This document shows, in pieces, positions 9,122-17,724 of a DNA stretch of 32,000 nt. Both the position numbers and the translations under genes were made by a program. Position 1 is the stretch's first letter. Each line of letters begins with the position of its first letter. Source of the DNA: Verrucomicrobiota bacterium (GTDB lineage: Bacteria > Verrucomicrobiota > Verrucomicrobiia > Chthoniobacterales > UBA6821); the NCBI GenBank assembly GCA_008932965.1, contig WBXG01000003.1, forward strand, positions 19,193 through 51,192. The letters are read 5' to 3'. Under the pieces are notes generated by a model, which was given only the letters and a program-made list of their open reading frames with translations, ran no database searches and was not told the origin of the DNA.

Positions 9122-10441
9122 ATGTTAAGAATTCTCTTTTGCTTCCTCACTCTTGTTTTTTTTAGTAGCTGTGTTACTGCACCAGGCCATTATCACACAC
9201 CTGCTAACAAAGTTGTCCTGAAGCCACTTCCCAAGGAACCATTCTGGTGGGGCATCTCTACTGCTTCTTTTCAAAATGAAGATCGCGGCTATCCACGTAA
9301 CTCATCATGGTATTTTAAAACTGATTGGGATCGTTATGCCGAGGAGGGCTTAGTACCGCCGCGCGGAGATGATGCAGTTTTTTCTTGGAGTGAGTTTGAT
9401 CGAGATATAGCGGCAGCAAAAAAACTCGGAGTGAATCATTTTCGTTTCGGTATTGAATGGGCTCGTATTGAACCCCATCCAGGAGTGATTAATCATGAGG
9501 CCTTGAACCAGTACGTCTCCATGGCACGCCGTCTCAAGGCCAATGGTATTGAACCCATTGTCACTCTCTGGCACTTTACTTTTCCAGATTGGCTTTATGA
9601 TGGAAAAAAGAAAAACCAATCTAACTTTTCGCATCCTGATGTTCAAAAAGCATGGCATGCTCACATGGAAAGAACCGTCCATGCCCTTGCTCCCTACGTA
9701 CAGATTTACGTTCCACAAAATGAACCCAATGGGGCCTTGCAACTTGGATGGATTGCTGGACATTGGCCACCAGGACTTCTGCTTCATCCTATGGGTTATA
9801 AAAAAGCGATGAATACTGCAGCCTCTATGTTTCGAGATGCCGCTGCAATCGTGAGAAAAGAACGTCCTGATGCCATCATTATGGGAATTTATTCACTCCC
9901 TGAATGCAGGCGTTCCTTCACTCATGACCCTACTGCCCTTATTTACAATATTTATCAACGACAAAACTACGACCACCTCGACAAGGTTGTTGATACCTGT
10001 GACATCATTGGTGTGAACTATTATTACTCCAAAAGCTCCAGTATTCGTGAACTCTTAGTACGTCCTATGGGAGAACGAAGTTCCGAGTACACCCAGATGG
10101 GCTGGGAAATTGTCCCTGAAGGACTTTATCGGACCCTCTGTTGTATTCGTGATCGCTATCACAAGCCTATTGTTGTTTCAGAAAATGGAATTGCCACTCA
10201 AAGCGCCCAGAAATCCATCTCTTTTTTTCGCAATCACATCGCTCAAATGCGGCGTGCTATCAATGACGGAGTCGATGTTCGAGGCTATTTTCCTTGGACA
10301 CTCGTTGATAACTACGAATGGACCGAAGGATGGCATGGACAGTTTGGGCTCTTTTCCTACGATAAAAAGACCCATGAGCGCCATATCACTCCACCAGGCA
10401 TTTGGCTCAGTCGCTTTATTAAGGCATATCCCGAGCCATAA
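9122..10441 (+). CDS. Glycoside hydrolase family 1 protein (paralog) with lipoprotein-type signal peptide
   Basis: VPQNEPNG and VVSENGIA catalytic motifs. N-terminal LTLVFFSSC signal. Aligns along its length with the 6791-8152 product (for example FGIEWARIEPHPG vs FSIEWARVEPRPG, and LWHFTFPDWL vs LWHFTFPSWL). Confidence 0.85.
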   Translation: MLRILFCFLTLVFFSSCVTAPGHYHTPANKVVLKPLPKEPFWWGISTASFQNEDRGYPRNSSWYFKTDWDRYAEEGLVPPRGDDAVFSWSEFDRDIAAAKKLGVNHFRFGIEWARIEPHPGVINHEALNQYVSMARRLKANGIEPIVTLWHFTFPDWLYDGKKKNQSNFSHPDVQKAWHAHMERTVHALAPYVQIYVPQNEPNGALQLGWIAGHWPPGLLLHPMGYKKAMNTAASMFRDAAAIVRKERPDAIIMGIYSLPECRRSFTHDPTALIYNIYQRQNYDHLDKVVDTCDIIGVNYYYSKSSSIRELLVRPMGERSSEYTQMGWEIVPEGLYRTLCCIRDRYHKPIVVSENGIATQSAQKSISFFRNHIAQMRRAINDGVDVRGYFPWTLVDNYEWTEGWHGQFGLFSYDKKTHERHITPPGIWLSRFIKAYPEP

Positions 10442-10449
10442 TTATCAGA

Positions 10450-10466
10450 GCATATTTCATACTGAT
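10450..10466. repeat. Short fragment of the repeat-family terminus
   Basis: GCATATTTCATACTGA is identical to the left-end motif of copies at 17244 and 21741. No matching partner end was found in this spacer. Confidence 0.4.
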
Positions 10467-10727
10467 TCTTAGTGAATCTCTGAGCAGCATAATGCAGTCA
10501 GAATAGTGCATGCTAATCATGGCAAGGAAGAAAGTGCCCCGCAATGCCGTTAAGGATGCTAAACCGTTCCATTAAGAAAAGGTGGATATCGCTAATCGAA
10601 ATGCTGAAGTCCAATAAAGGCATGTCATTATTTCGTCTAGTAGAGATTTCCGTAATGTTTTACATAGGTCCGGGAGCAATATATACCGGTATCTCGAACA
10701 CCGCAGGGCATAGAGATGCTAATGTAT

Positions 10728-13082
10728 CTACGATCTAACTTCAACACCTAATAGCTCCTGGAGCCGAACAATCAATCGATCACAGGCAGAAGTGACTTCT
10801 TGAGTAGTTAAGGTGCGATCCTCGTGTTGGAATGTTAATTGTAGTGTTACTGATTTTTTTTCTACTGCAATTTTCTCTCCAGTAGGATCCATAAAGATAT
10901 CAAGAGGGATGATCTTTTTAAGAAGTGGTTCTTGCGCTGCTTGGAGTTCTTTTTCAAGAAGTTCGTAGGGTACTAGCGTGTCCATTACCATTGCAAGATC
11001 ACGCGTGATGGTTGGAAGTTTTGAAAGCCCCTCCTCTTTTTTCCATGAATCACGTTCTGCGGCATGTTGAAGAGCAGTCACTTCGAGTTCAGCAACACTG
11101 AGAGAGTATTCCTGCCCTGTCACCGTGATTTTACGGGCCATTGCAGGAGCCATGAGTCCAATATATCCGCAGTATTGCCCATCACAAAAAACATCAAGCA
11201 TCCTAGCCATTATTGGGGGTAATGCTCGTACGGAAGGACGATAACTCATTTTTCCTGGAACTAAATGATCAAGGACTCCTTTTAAATCAAAGAGATCTAG
11301 CGAGCGCGGGACTTCTTCTCGCCAGGAAAGAGGGAGGGCGTTGCCGGTCATGATAAGGCCAATTAAGATCCGTTCTTCCTCTTTAGTGATATTGCCAAAA
11401 ACTTTTCCCATTTCAAACATGCGAACCGAATGTGCTCCCTGATAAAGATTATGCTTTACCACCTCTTGTAATCCGGAGATCAGGCCTGCTCTTAAAACCG
11501 ATTGTTGTTCCCCTAATGGATTACAAAGCCTCAGAGCCTCAGAGGAAGAGCTCTCTAGTGGAACTAAGGCACTGGTACGGGCTTCATAAAAACCACTAGC
11601 AATCAAACGCCGACGCAAAAGCATCATAAAATCATGGATCTTATCGGTTGGACTTGAAGGAACAGAAAAACTTAACGTACGAGCCTTGATCGATTCCAGC
11701 CCGTAGAGACGGGCGACTTCTTCGATGAGGTCGATTTCACGCGTGAGGTCGAGACGCCACGGAGGGATTTGCCACCCCGTGTCACAGGAAAAGAGTCCAA
11801 ATTTTTTTAATAGCAAAGAAATTTCTTCATCTTGAAGAGAAATTCCAAGCAGCTGACGACAACGATCGAAGCGAAAGAGGACCTCAGTTGGCAATAGCAT
11901 TTCTCCAGCGATGCTAACTTCATGAGATGCTACAGCGCCTGAAATTTCAATGATCATAGCAGTAGCACGTGCTGAAGCTTCTCTAGCATTATCTGCCTGA
12001 GAACCCCGTTCAAAACGATAGGAAGCATCGGTTGCTAATCCATGAGCACGAGCAGAAGCGCGAATCATGCTAGAATTAAAAACAGCACTTTCCAATAAAA
12101 TGGATTTTGTCTCTTTGGTAACGCTACTTTCAAGACCACCAATAATCCCTGCTAAGGCTTGAGCCCCCTTTTCATCGGCAATCACCAGATCAGAAGATCG
12201 TAGTAAATATGTTTTTCCATCGAGCAAGCTTATCTTTTCTCCCTCCGTTGCAAAACGAACCGTGAGTGCTCCTTGAATTTTATCAGCATCAAAAGCATGC
12301 AGCGGATGCCCCATTTCCATCATTACGTAATTTGTAACATCAACGATATTGTTGATACTTCTTAATCCAATCGCCTCAAGGCGTTGTTGTAACCATGAGG
12401 GGCTAGTCTTGACTGCAGTATTGGAAATAGAGCGTAAGCTATAGAAGGAACAAGCATGAGAATCTTCAATAGCAGCACGAGAACTCTCTTTTTTTACTAA
12501 TGGGAGTATCACCTCATTGCGAAAAAACTCCCCAGCTCCGAAAGCTGCAGCTTCACGAGCCACACCAACATGTCCTAACCAATCTGGACGATTTGGAGTG
12601 ATTTCTAACTCCAAAATTGTATCACTTGGAAACAGCGCGCCAAACTCAGTCCCAATAACGGTCTTAGGATCGAGAATATGAAGCCCTTCCCCCCCTTCTC
12701 CTAGCCCAAGTTCTTTTGCACTACACATCATTCCTTCACTCTCTACTCCGCGAAGCTTACCCACTTTAATTTTGATTCCACCTGGAAGAACCGCTCCCGG
12801 TAGGGCAAGGAGCACTTTATCTCCTACCTTGTAATTTTTAGCACCACACACAATCTGACGTGGAACTCCACTTCCCTCATCGACCTTACAGACACACAAG
12901 CGATCAGCATTAGGATGCTGTTCCGAAGAGAGAATCTGAACAACGATCACACTAGCAATGCTAGCTCCGGAGGTAGTGATCGACTTCACTTCGATTCCAG
13001 AGCGTGTTAACGTTTCTGCTAGCGCTTCTGCGGTTTGCGTTGTTTTAAGATAATCGTGGAGCCACGAGAGAGAGATTTTCAT
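10728..13082 (-). CDS. pheT: Phenylalanine--tRNA ligase beta subunit
   Basis: 784-aa ORF. N-terminal MKISLSWLHDYL and the tRNA-binding, B3/4, B5 and C-terminal anticodon-binding layout typical of PheT. Lies downstream of pheS. Confidence 0.95.
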   Translation of the reverse strand: MKISLSWLHDYLKTTQTAEALAETLTRSGIEVKSITTSGASIASVIVVQILSSEQHPNADRLCVCKVDEGSGVPRQIVCGAKNYKVGDKVLLALPGAVLPGGIKIKVGKLRGVESEGMMCSAKELGLGEGGEGLHILDPKTVIGTEFGALFPSDTILELEITPNRPDWLGHVGVAREAAAFGAGEFFRNEVILPLVKKESSRAAIEDSHACSFYSLRSISNTAVKTSPSWLQQRLEAIGLRSINNIVDVTNYVMMEMGHPLHAFDADKIQGALTVRFATEGEKISLLDGKTYLLRSSDLVIADEKGAQALAGIIGGLESSVTKETKSILLESAVFNSSMIRASARAHGLATDASYRFERGSQADNAREASARATAMIIEISGAVASHEVSIAGEMLLPTEVLFRFDRCRQLLGISLQDEEISLLLKKFGLFSCDTGWQIPPWRLDLTREIDLIEEVARLYGLESIKARTLSFSVPSSPTDKIHDFMMLLRRRLIASGFYEARTSALVPLESSSSEALRLCNPLGEQQSVLRAGLISGLQEVVKHNLYQGAHSVRMFEMGKVFGNITKEEERILIGLIMTGNALPLSWREEVPRSLDLFDLKGVLDHLVPGKMSYRPSVRALPPIMARMLDVFCDGQYCGYIGLMAPAMARKITVTGQEYSLSVAELEVTALQHAAERDSWKKEEGLSKLPTITRDLAMVMDTLVPYELLEKELQAAQEPLLKKIIPLDIFMDPTGEKIAVEKKSVTLQLTFQHEDRTLTTQEVTSACDRLIVRLQELLGVEVRS

Positions 13083-13138
13083 CAGAGAATGAATTATTGG
13101 ATTGTATAGTCAAATTACTTAGAAATTACATGAACGGG

Positions 13139-13299
13139 CTAACCCGAATATTTCATCCAGATCTACTACGGAAGCCGGGAAGCCAGATGGATGCTGGGCA
13201 GTATGAGCCCTACCGCCCCAATCACAATTCGAGAGCAACGTAGTAGCCATAGAGCGTTACACAAGTCGTAATAAATGGAGTATGAAATATTCGAGTTAA
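13139..13299 (+). mobile_element. MITE-like repeat, copy B (161 bp), in the pheS-pheT spacer
   Basis: Ends CTAACCCGAATATTTCAT and ATGAAATATTCGAGTTAA. The left arm CTACGGAAGCCGGGAAGCCAGATGGATGC is the reverse complement of the arm seen at 17037-17065. The core GCTGGGCAGTATGAGCCCTACC...ATCACAATTCGAGAGC is shared with copies F and G. Confidence 0.9.
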
Positions 13300-14366
13300 A
13301 ACTCCCCAGCAAATCGTTTTAAAAATCGAAGGTCATTTTCGCTGAGCATCCGAATATCAGAAATCCCAGTTAGGATCATGACAAGGCGCTCCAAGCCAAA
13401 TCCAAAGGCGAAGCCTGAAATCTTTTCAGGATCATAGGCCTGATCACTACGTTGTTGATTCACTGCCTCAAAAACGGAGGGATCGACCATACCGCAGCCA
13501 GCAAGCTCTAGCCATTTTTCCTCCTTGAGAAACTCAGCTTTGAAAGAAGCAGGAGTGCATTTTGAAGCTAAGAAAGCAGGCTTAACGCGCACATCGATTT
13601 CAAAGCTTGGCTCAGTAAAAGGGAAAAAATGCGGCCGAAAACGACATTCTGTCTCGGGTCCAAATAACTCACGAAAGAAAAACTCAGCCGTTCCTTTTAA
13701 ATCTCCAAGGGTAATGCCCTCTCCCACGCAGAGAACTTCCATTTGAGTGAATTGAGATAAATGGGTTGCATCAATTTCATCACGTCGGTAGGCCGCCCCA
13801 GGGGCTATGATACGCAAAGGTGGTGATGTTTGTTCCATCGCCCGAATCTGAACAGTGGAGGTATGCGTCCGTAGCAGGCGTCCATCAGGAAGATAAAAAG
13901 TATCTTGCTCCTGACGTGCAGGATGATCAGGCGGGGTATTGAGGGCATCAAAGCAATGCCACTCATCATCGATATCAGGTCCTTCAGCTATCGCAAAACC
14001 GAGACGACGAAAAATCTGTACGATACGATTGGTAAGAAGGGTGAGTGGATGTAGAGCCCCTTGCCATGAAGCTGTTCCTGGCAAGCTCGGATCCAGTGAC
14101 GCAAAGGAAGCTTCATCAGCTTGATCCAGGAGCATTTTTTCTTTAGCCTCAAGAACCTCGGTAAAGCTATTTCTCCATTGGTTTAGGAGTTGTCCTATCG
14201 CAGGTCGCTCCTCCTTGGAAAGAGTACGCATTTGCTCACTTAAGCAAGAAATAGCACCACTCTTTCCAAGATAATGAAGACGTACCTCTTTAAGCGCAGC
14301 AGCATCAGAAGCTGTTTTAATGGCAGCTAAGGAAGCATCTTGTTGTTGTTGAATCAAAGATTTCAC
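13296..14366 (-). CDS. pheS: Phenylalanine--tRNA ligase alpha subunit
   Basis: 356-aa ORF with a GTG start. Class II aaRS motifs (FRPHFFPFTEPS, GFAFGFGLERL) and a C-terminal NDLRFLKRF typical of PheS. The TAA stop (13296-13298) lies inside the terminal TTAA of repeat copy B. Confidence 0.95.
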   Translation of the reverse strand: MKSLIQQQQDASLAAIKTASDAAALKEVRLHYLGKSGAISCLSEQMRTLSKEERPAIGQLLNQWRNSFTEVLEAKEKMLLDQADEASFASLDPSLPGTASWQGALHPLTLLTNRIVQIFRRLGFAIAEGPDIDDEWHCFDALNTPPDHPARQEQDTFYLPDGRLLRTHTSTVQIRAMEQTSPPLRIIAPGAAYRRDEIDATHLSQFTQMEVLCVGEGITLGDLKGTAEFFFRELFGPETECRFRPHFFPFTEPSFEIDVRVKPAFLASKCTPASFKAEFLKEEKWLELAGCGMVDPSVFEAVNQQRSDQAYDPEKISGFAFGFGLERLVMILTGISDIRMLSENDLRFLKRFAGEF

Positions 14367-14458
14367 GCAAAAGCACGGTGATTGAAAAAGCTATTTTCAA
14401 CTTCTAGAAACTATTTTAGTGGTGGAGGCCGAGATGCTCACGCACTCTCTTCTCTCCA

Positions 14459-14830
14459 CTAGCTACTATGCTTTGCAGCTAATGATGCTTTCACCTTCGA
14501 AACAATCTCAAGAAATGTCTTTTCATCAGTAATAGCGATGTCGGAAAGAACTTTTCTATCGAGAAGAATATTGGCTGCCTTTAATCCTTCAATAAAGCGA
14601 TTGTAAGTCAAAGATTGGGCACGGACAGCAGCATTGAGACGTGTGATCCAAAGTGCACGAACATTACGTTTCCGCGTTTTACGATCACGGTAGGCCCAAT
14701 ATTTGGCTTTCATCCGTGCATCTTTAGCATAGCGGAACAATTTGGAACGGCGACCGCGATAACCAGCGGCTTCATCGATAACCCGCTTGCGGCGTGCGCG
14801 ACTAGCTGGTGAATTAGTGGCTCTAGGCAT
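14459..14830 (-). CDS. rplT: 50S ribosomal protein L20
   Basis: 123-aa basic ORF. MPRATNSPASRARRKRV... and the YRDRKxRKR motif typical of bL20. Confidence 0.95.
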   Translation of the reverse strand: MPRATNSPASRARRKRVIDEAAGYRGRRSKLFRYAKDARMKAKYWAYRDRKTRKRNVRALWITRLNAAVRAQSLTYNRFIEGLKAANILLDRKVLSDIAITDEKTFLEIVSKVKASLAAKHSS

Positions 14831-14838
14831 TGTATGTT

Positions 14839-14859
14839 CTCCTTGCTTTTAGCAAGGAG
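14839..14859 (-). promoter_or_regulatory. Stem-loop sequestering the rplT Shine-Dalgarno sequence
   Basis: Perfect 9-bp stem CTCCTTGCT (14839-14847) / AGCAAGGAG (14851-14859) with a 3-nt loop. On the mRNA strand the 3' arm contains AAGGAG 8 nt upstream of the rplT ATG. Confidence 0.4.
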
Positions 14860-15221
14860 CCTCGTCGAGCAGGCTGTTTGTTATTCATGATTCAGGAACT
14901 CACCTGCTCGGCTAGAATATTCAAAATGAACATTCAGATCCATGAATCGGTTTTATTTGTTTGGTTCCTTCGTCAGAAAGAACTGAACAAATGTTTAGGG
15001 ATTTAAAAGATTAAAGGTTTAGGTGATCTCATGTCATCTCAATTCTTCTAAAAAATGGAATTAAAATTTAAATCAGCATGTTGATTGTCTTAGAAAGACG
15101 CTGAGGCAAATGAAAAACAAGAAGTGGCAGCACTCAGCAATCAAGTGCACATGAAGTACTCGAGGAAGCGAGCACCGACACGACATAGTTTCTCGCTGCA
15201 TCAACAGAATTTATGAGGGAA

Positions 15222-15431
15222 TCAACCCCAGGGAAGGTTAAGCTTGATACGACTAACATCACAATCTTCAACGATTGCTGACTTGCCCATGTTACGTTTC
15301 AACTTAGAACTCTTACACTCCAATAAGTGACGACGACCAGCTTTAGAGCGCTTGACTTTCCCTGTTGCAGTGATTTTGAATCGCTTGGCAACAGACTTTT
15401 TAGTTTTACTACGGGCAATGGGTTTAGGCAT
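15222..15431 (-). CDS. rpmI: 50S ribosomal protein L35
   Basis: 69-aa highly basic ORF. MPKPIARSKTKKSVAKRFKITATGKVKR... is typical of bL35. Confidence 0.93.
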   Translation of the reverse strand: MPKPIARSKTKKSVAKRFKITATGKVKRSKAGRRHLLECKSSKLKRNMGKSAIVEDCDVSRIKLNLPWG

Positions 15432-15486
15432 GGGTCGGGAAATTTAACAAAGAGAGTTTATCCTGACAAGAGTTAAAATATTTTTT

Positions 15487-17043
15487 TTAATAGGCTATCT
15501 TGGGTTTAAATGTAGCCGCTTCTTTTGAAAGCAGATGACCTGTGACTTTACCAGGAGCCCCCAGGCTCTCTTGTACTACTTTTGATGATGGTGCGGTCGA
15601 TCCTACCGCTAGTGCCAGGGCTGCTAGTGTTGTAGAATAATCAGAGACAGCTGTTGCTAATTCTGATTGTGCTAAACTTAAATTACTTCCCGCCTCAGAA
15701 TAATCGGTCACATTTGCAAGTCCTGTTTCTGTTGCAGCACTAATAGAACGAAAGAATTCATTTGCTGATGCAACAAACCCTTCTGCGTACCCGACTCTCT
15801 CTGCAGCCGCAAGACTGTTATTATAAGCAGTCCAAACATCACGCGTTGTATCAAGTTGCGTCTCTCTTAATTTTTGTTCTGCCACTTTGTCCTCCTCTTG
15901 ACGACGCTTCATTTTAAAGACACGATCAAATCCATCAAAGAGATCCCAATGTGCCGTTACATAAGCACTTCCGTAGGGAACACCCACTCCATTAAAGTAG
16001 CCATTAGCAGTAGAGTTGGGTTGAAAGCCCTGATATCCAAACGTTGTATTAGCATATTGACTTTCTATTTTAATGGTTGGGAAAAAATCAGACATGGCTC
16101 TTTTTGTTGCTTCTTTACTGGCTTTAAGCTCCTGCACTCGTGCTGCAAGATCAGGACGCAAGCGGAGAGCTTCTTGAATCAGTTCATTGGCATCACCACG
16201 TAATTTTTTTGTGGAGGGAGGTTTTTCTGATTCCACAAACTCCAATGGACTATTTGCAGGAATGCCGACAGTGATACAGAGCTCTCCTAATGTATTGCGC
16301 ACAACGGCAATTGCGGACTCTACTTCATATTGAGATTCGAGAACACGTTTACGTGCTTTTAATTCCTCGGGGTCTGCAGTGAGTCCGGTAACTCTTTGAC
16401 GAACAATCATGTCACTTAATGTTTGAGTAAAAACAAGATTGGCTTCGGCTGCTTTTTTCTTCCAAAGGGCTGCTTCATATGAAAAATAATTTTTTTGAAC
16501 ATTAAAAATGACCTCTTGTAATGTACGTTGATAAGTAAGTCCTAGGGCGTGAAAAATTGCGATCGTACGCTGCACATCAGCATCCCTTCTCCCAAAATCA
16601 AGCAAGATATATTCCATGCTTAAAAAAACGGTAGCCTGAGTGCGATTTGCTCCGTTGGGTCCTGTTACAGGGATAAGATAGGATTGATCGTATCCCCCCA
16701 CAAAATCGGATCGTACCCAGGGATAATAAAGAGAACGAGCTTCCCCTACCGATGCAGAGGCTGCTTTGGCCTGACTCCATGCAGCCCGAGTCATAGGATT
16801 ATTTTTGAGAGCTAAATCAATAAGGCTTCCCAAGTGATACTTTTCATTAGGATGAAAAGCAGCAGCTAAGGCCGCTTCATGAGAAATAAAACTTTTATCT
16901 TTAGGAGAAGAAAATAAATTTTTGCCCGAGGGATCGATGACTTCTACCGCAAAGACAGGGGAAAAAAATGCCGCAACGATCAAAAGAAATAGGGATTTTT
17001 TATACCAATCACCTACGGAAGCTGGAATGCTCGAAGCATCCAT
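15487..17043 (-). CDS. TolC-like outer membrane efflux protein (OMF family)
   Basis: Two-repeat OEP architecture with long alpha-helical, coiled-coil-like segments. A signal peptide (KKSLFLLIVAAFFSPVFA) follows the ATG at 17043. The longest ORF starts at 17112. Both candidate starts lie in repeat-derived sequence. Confidence 0.8.
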   Translation of the reverse strand: MDASSIPASVGDWYKKSLFLLIVAAFFSPVFAVEVIDPSGKNLFSSPKDKSFISHEAALAAAFHPNEKYHLGSLIDLALKNNPMTRAAWSQAKAASASVGEARSLYYPWVRSDFVGGYDQSYLIPVTGPNGANRTQATVFLSMEYILLDFGRRDADVQRTIAIFHALGLTYQRTLQEVIFNVQKNYFSYEAALWKKKAAEANLVFTQTLSDMIVRQRVTGLTADPEELKARKRVLESQYEVESAIAVVRNTLGELCITVGIPANSPLEFVESEKPPSTKKLRGDANELIQEALRLRPDLAARVQELKASKEATKRAMSDFFPTIKIESQYANTTFGYQGFQPNSTANGYFNGVGVPYGSAYVTAHWDLFDGFDRVFKMKRRQEEDKVAEQKLRETQLDTTRDVWTAYNNSLAAAERVGYAEGFVASANEFFRSISAATETGLANVTDYSEAGSNLSLAQSELATAVSDYSTTLAALALAVGSTAPSSKVVQESLGAPGKVTGHLLSKEAATFKPKIAY

Positions 17044-17091
17044 CTGACTTCCCGGCTTCCGTAGGTAATCGCGATGAAATATCCGGGCTAG
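17012..17091 (+). repeat. Partial repeat-family copy C (right arm plus inner part of left arm)
   Basis: GCATCCATCTGACTTCCCGGCTTCCGTAGGTAATCGCGATGAAATATCCGGGCTAG matches the arm at 30884-30941 and the reverse complement of 13139-13190. There is an internal perfect 11-bp inverted repeat, 17012-17022 / 17055-17065. A further terminus fragment GAATATTTCATACT lies at 17102-17115. Confidence 0.75.
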
Positions 17092-17243
17092 AACAATGAG
17101 TGAATATTTCATACTTCTTGATTCATTAATGAGAGGTCATTGAAAGAGCGATGTGCTAGAAAAATATCAATTTTTTTGCCGGTTCTTTCAAGAGTGAACC
17201 ACCAGATAGACTTAAAACATAAAGGGATCCTTCTGTGGTAACA

Positions 17244-17359
17244 TTAGCCCGCATATTTCATACTGAAGTGTCATGAGGCGCCGTGCAAAGCTTATTAGGA
17301 CCAGGTACGTGAGCCTTCGCGACCTCCTCTTCATGATCAGTATGAAATAGCTAGTTTAA
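17244..17359. mobile_element. MITE-like repeat, copy D (minimal 116-bp form: two arms, no central core)
   Basis: Left end TTAGCCCGCATATTTCATACTGAAGTGTCATGAGGCGCC. The right end ...CCTCCTCTTCATGATCAGTATGAAATAGCTAGTTTAA is its imperfect inverted repeat. The reverse complement of the right arm resembles the left arms of copies at 23673 and 31856. Confidence 0.85.
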
Positions 17360-17493
17360 TCATGAAAATTTAAATTGGTCATCAAGCTAAATCTTATTTA
17401 CCCTTCAACTTCCACGACAGCTACTTTTAAATTGGTACCCCCTTAGAAAATCTATCAGTTTTTTTTCTGTATTCCCCCATTAAAACCATTCCC

Positions 17494-17724
17494 ATGTTAG
17501 CAATCATCAAATTTAGCGGAGATCCTCTGATTAATGTTGCCGGAGCTTATTTTCCTGCATGGCTCGCATGTATGTTCGTTGGTATCTTGGGAACCTGGTT
17601 TTTAGGAATCCTTTCCCATCGTTTGGAATGTTCTTCCGTTCTGGAACCCCACATAGTAATGATTCCTGCAATATTCAGTGCTATTACACTCTGGACCTGG
17701 CTTTTGTTTTTTGCAGCGCGATGA
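17494..17724 (+). CDS. Small two-TM membrane protein, AaeX/DUF1656-like by size and position
   Basis: 76-aa ORF with two hydrophobic helices. Its stop overlaps the start of the HlyD-family gene (ATGA at 17721-17724), as in aaeXAB-type operons. Confidence 0.5.
   Translation: MLAIIKFSGDPLINVAGAYFPAWLACMFVGILGTWFLGILSHRLECSSVLEPHIVMIPAIFSAITLWTWLLFFAAR

Noticed and set aside
10442-10727. Possible small RNA (SRP-, tRNA- or riboswitch-like) in the 286-nt convergent spacer between GH1 and pheT
   Set aside because: There is no tRNA cloverleaf or T-loop consensus. The similarity to the SRP domain IV motif is superficial (GGTCCGGGAGCA). The only solid match is the 16-nt repeat terminus at 10450-10466. 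The region is probably a decayed repeat plus 3' UTRs.
14367-14458. T-box or attenuator leader upstream of pheS
   Set aside because: The rplT-pheS spacer is only 92 nt, too short for a T-box, and no specifier or T-box motif is visible. It has only a weak imperfect stem (about 14415-14458).
15201-15230. rpmI stop region (AGAATTTATGAGGGAATCAACCCC) resembling a repeat right terminus
   Set aside because: The similarity to CAGAATCGGTATGAAATAGGCGGGTTAAC is patchy and needs several gaps. It is too weak to call without a genome-wide profile.
17559-17720. Long N-terminal extensions of the HlyD-family ORF (from 17559) and of the mlaF ORF (from 28647)
   Set aside because: Both extensions overlap the preceding genes in another frame. 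Internal ATGs at 17721 and 28719 give canonical operon junctions and normal protein N-termini.
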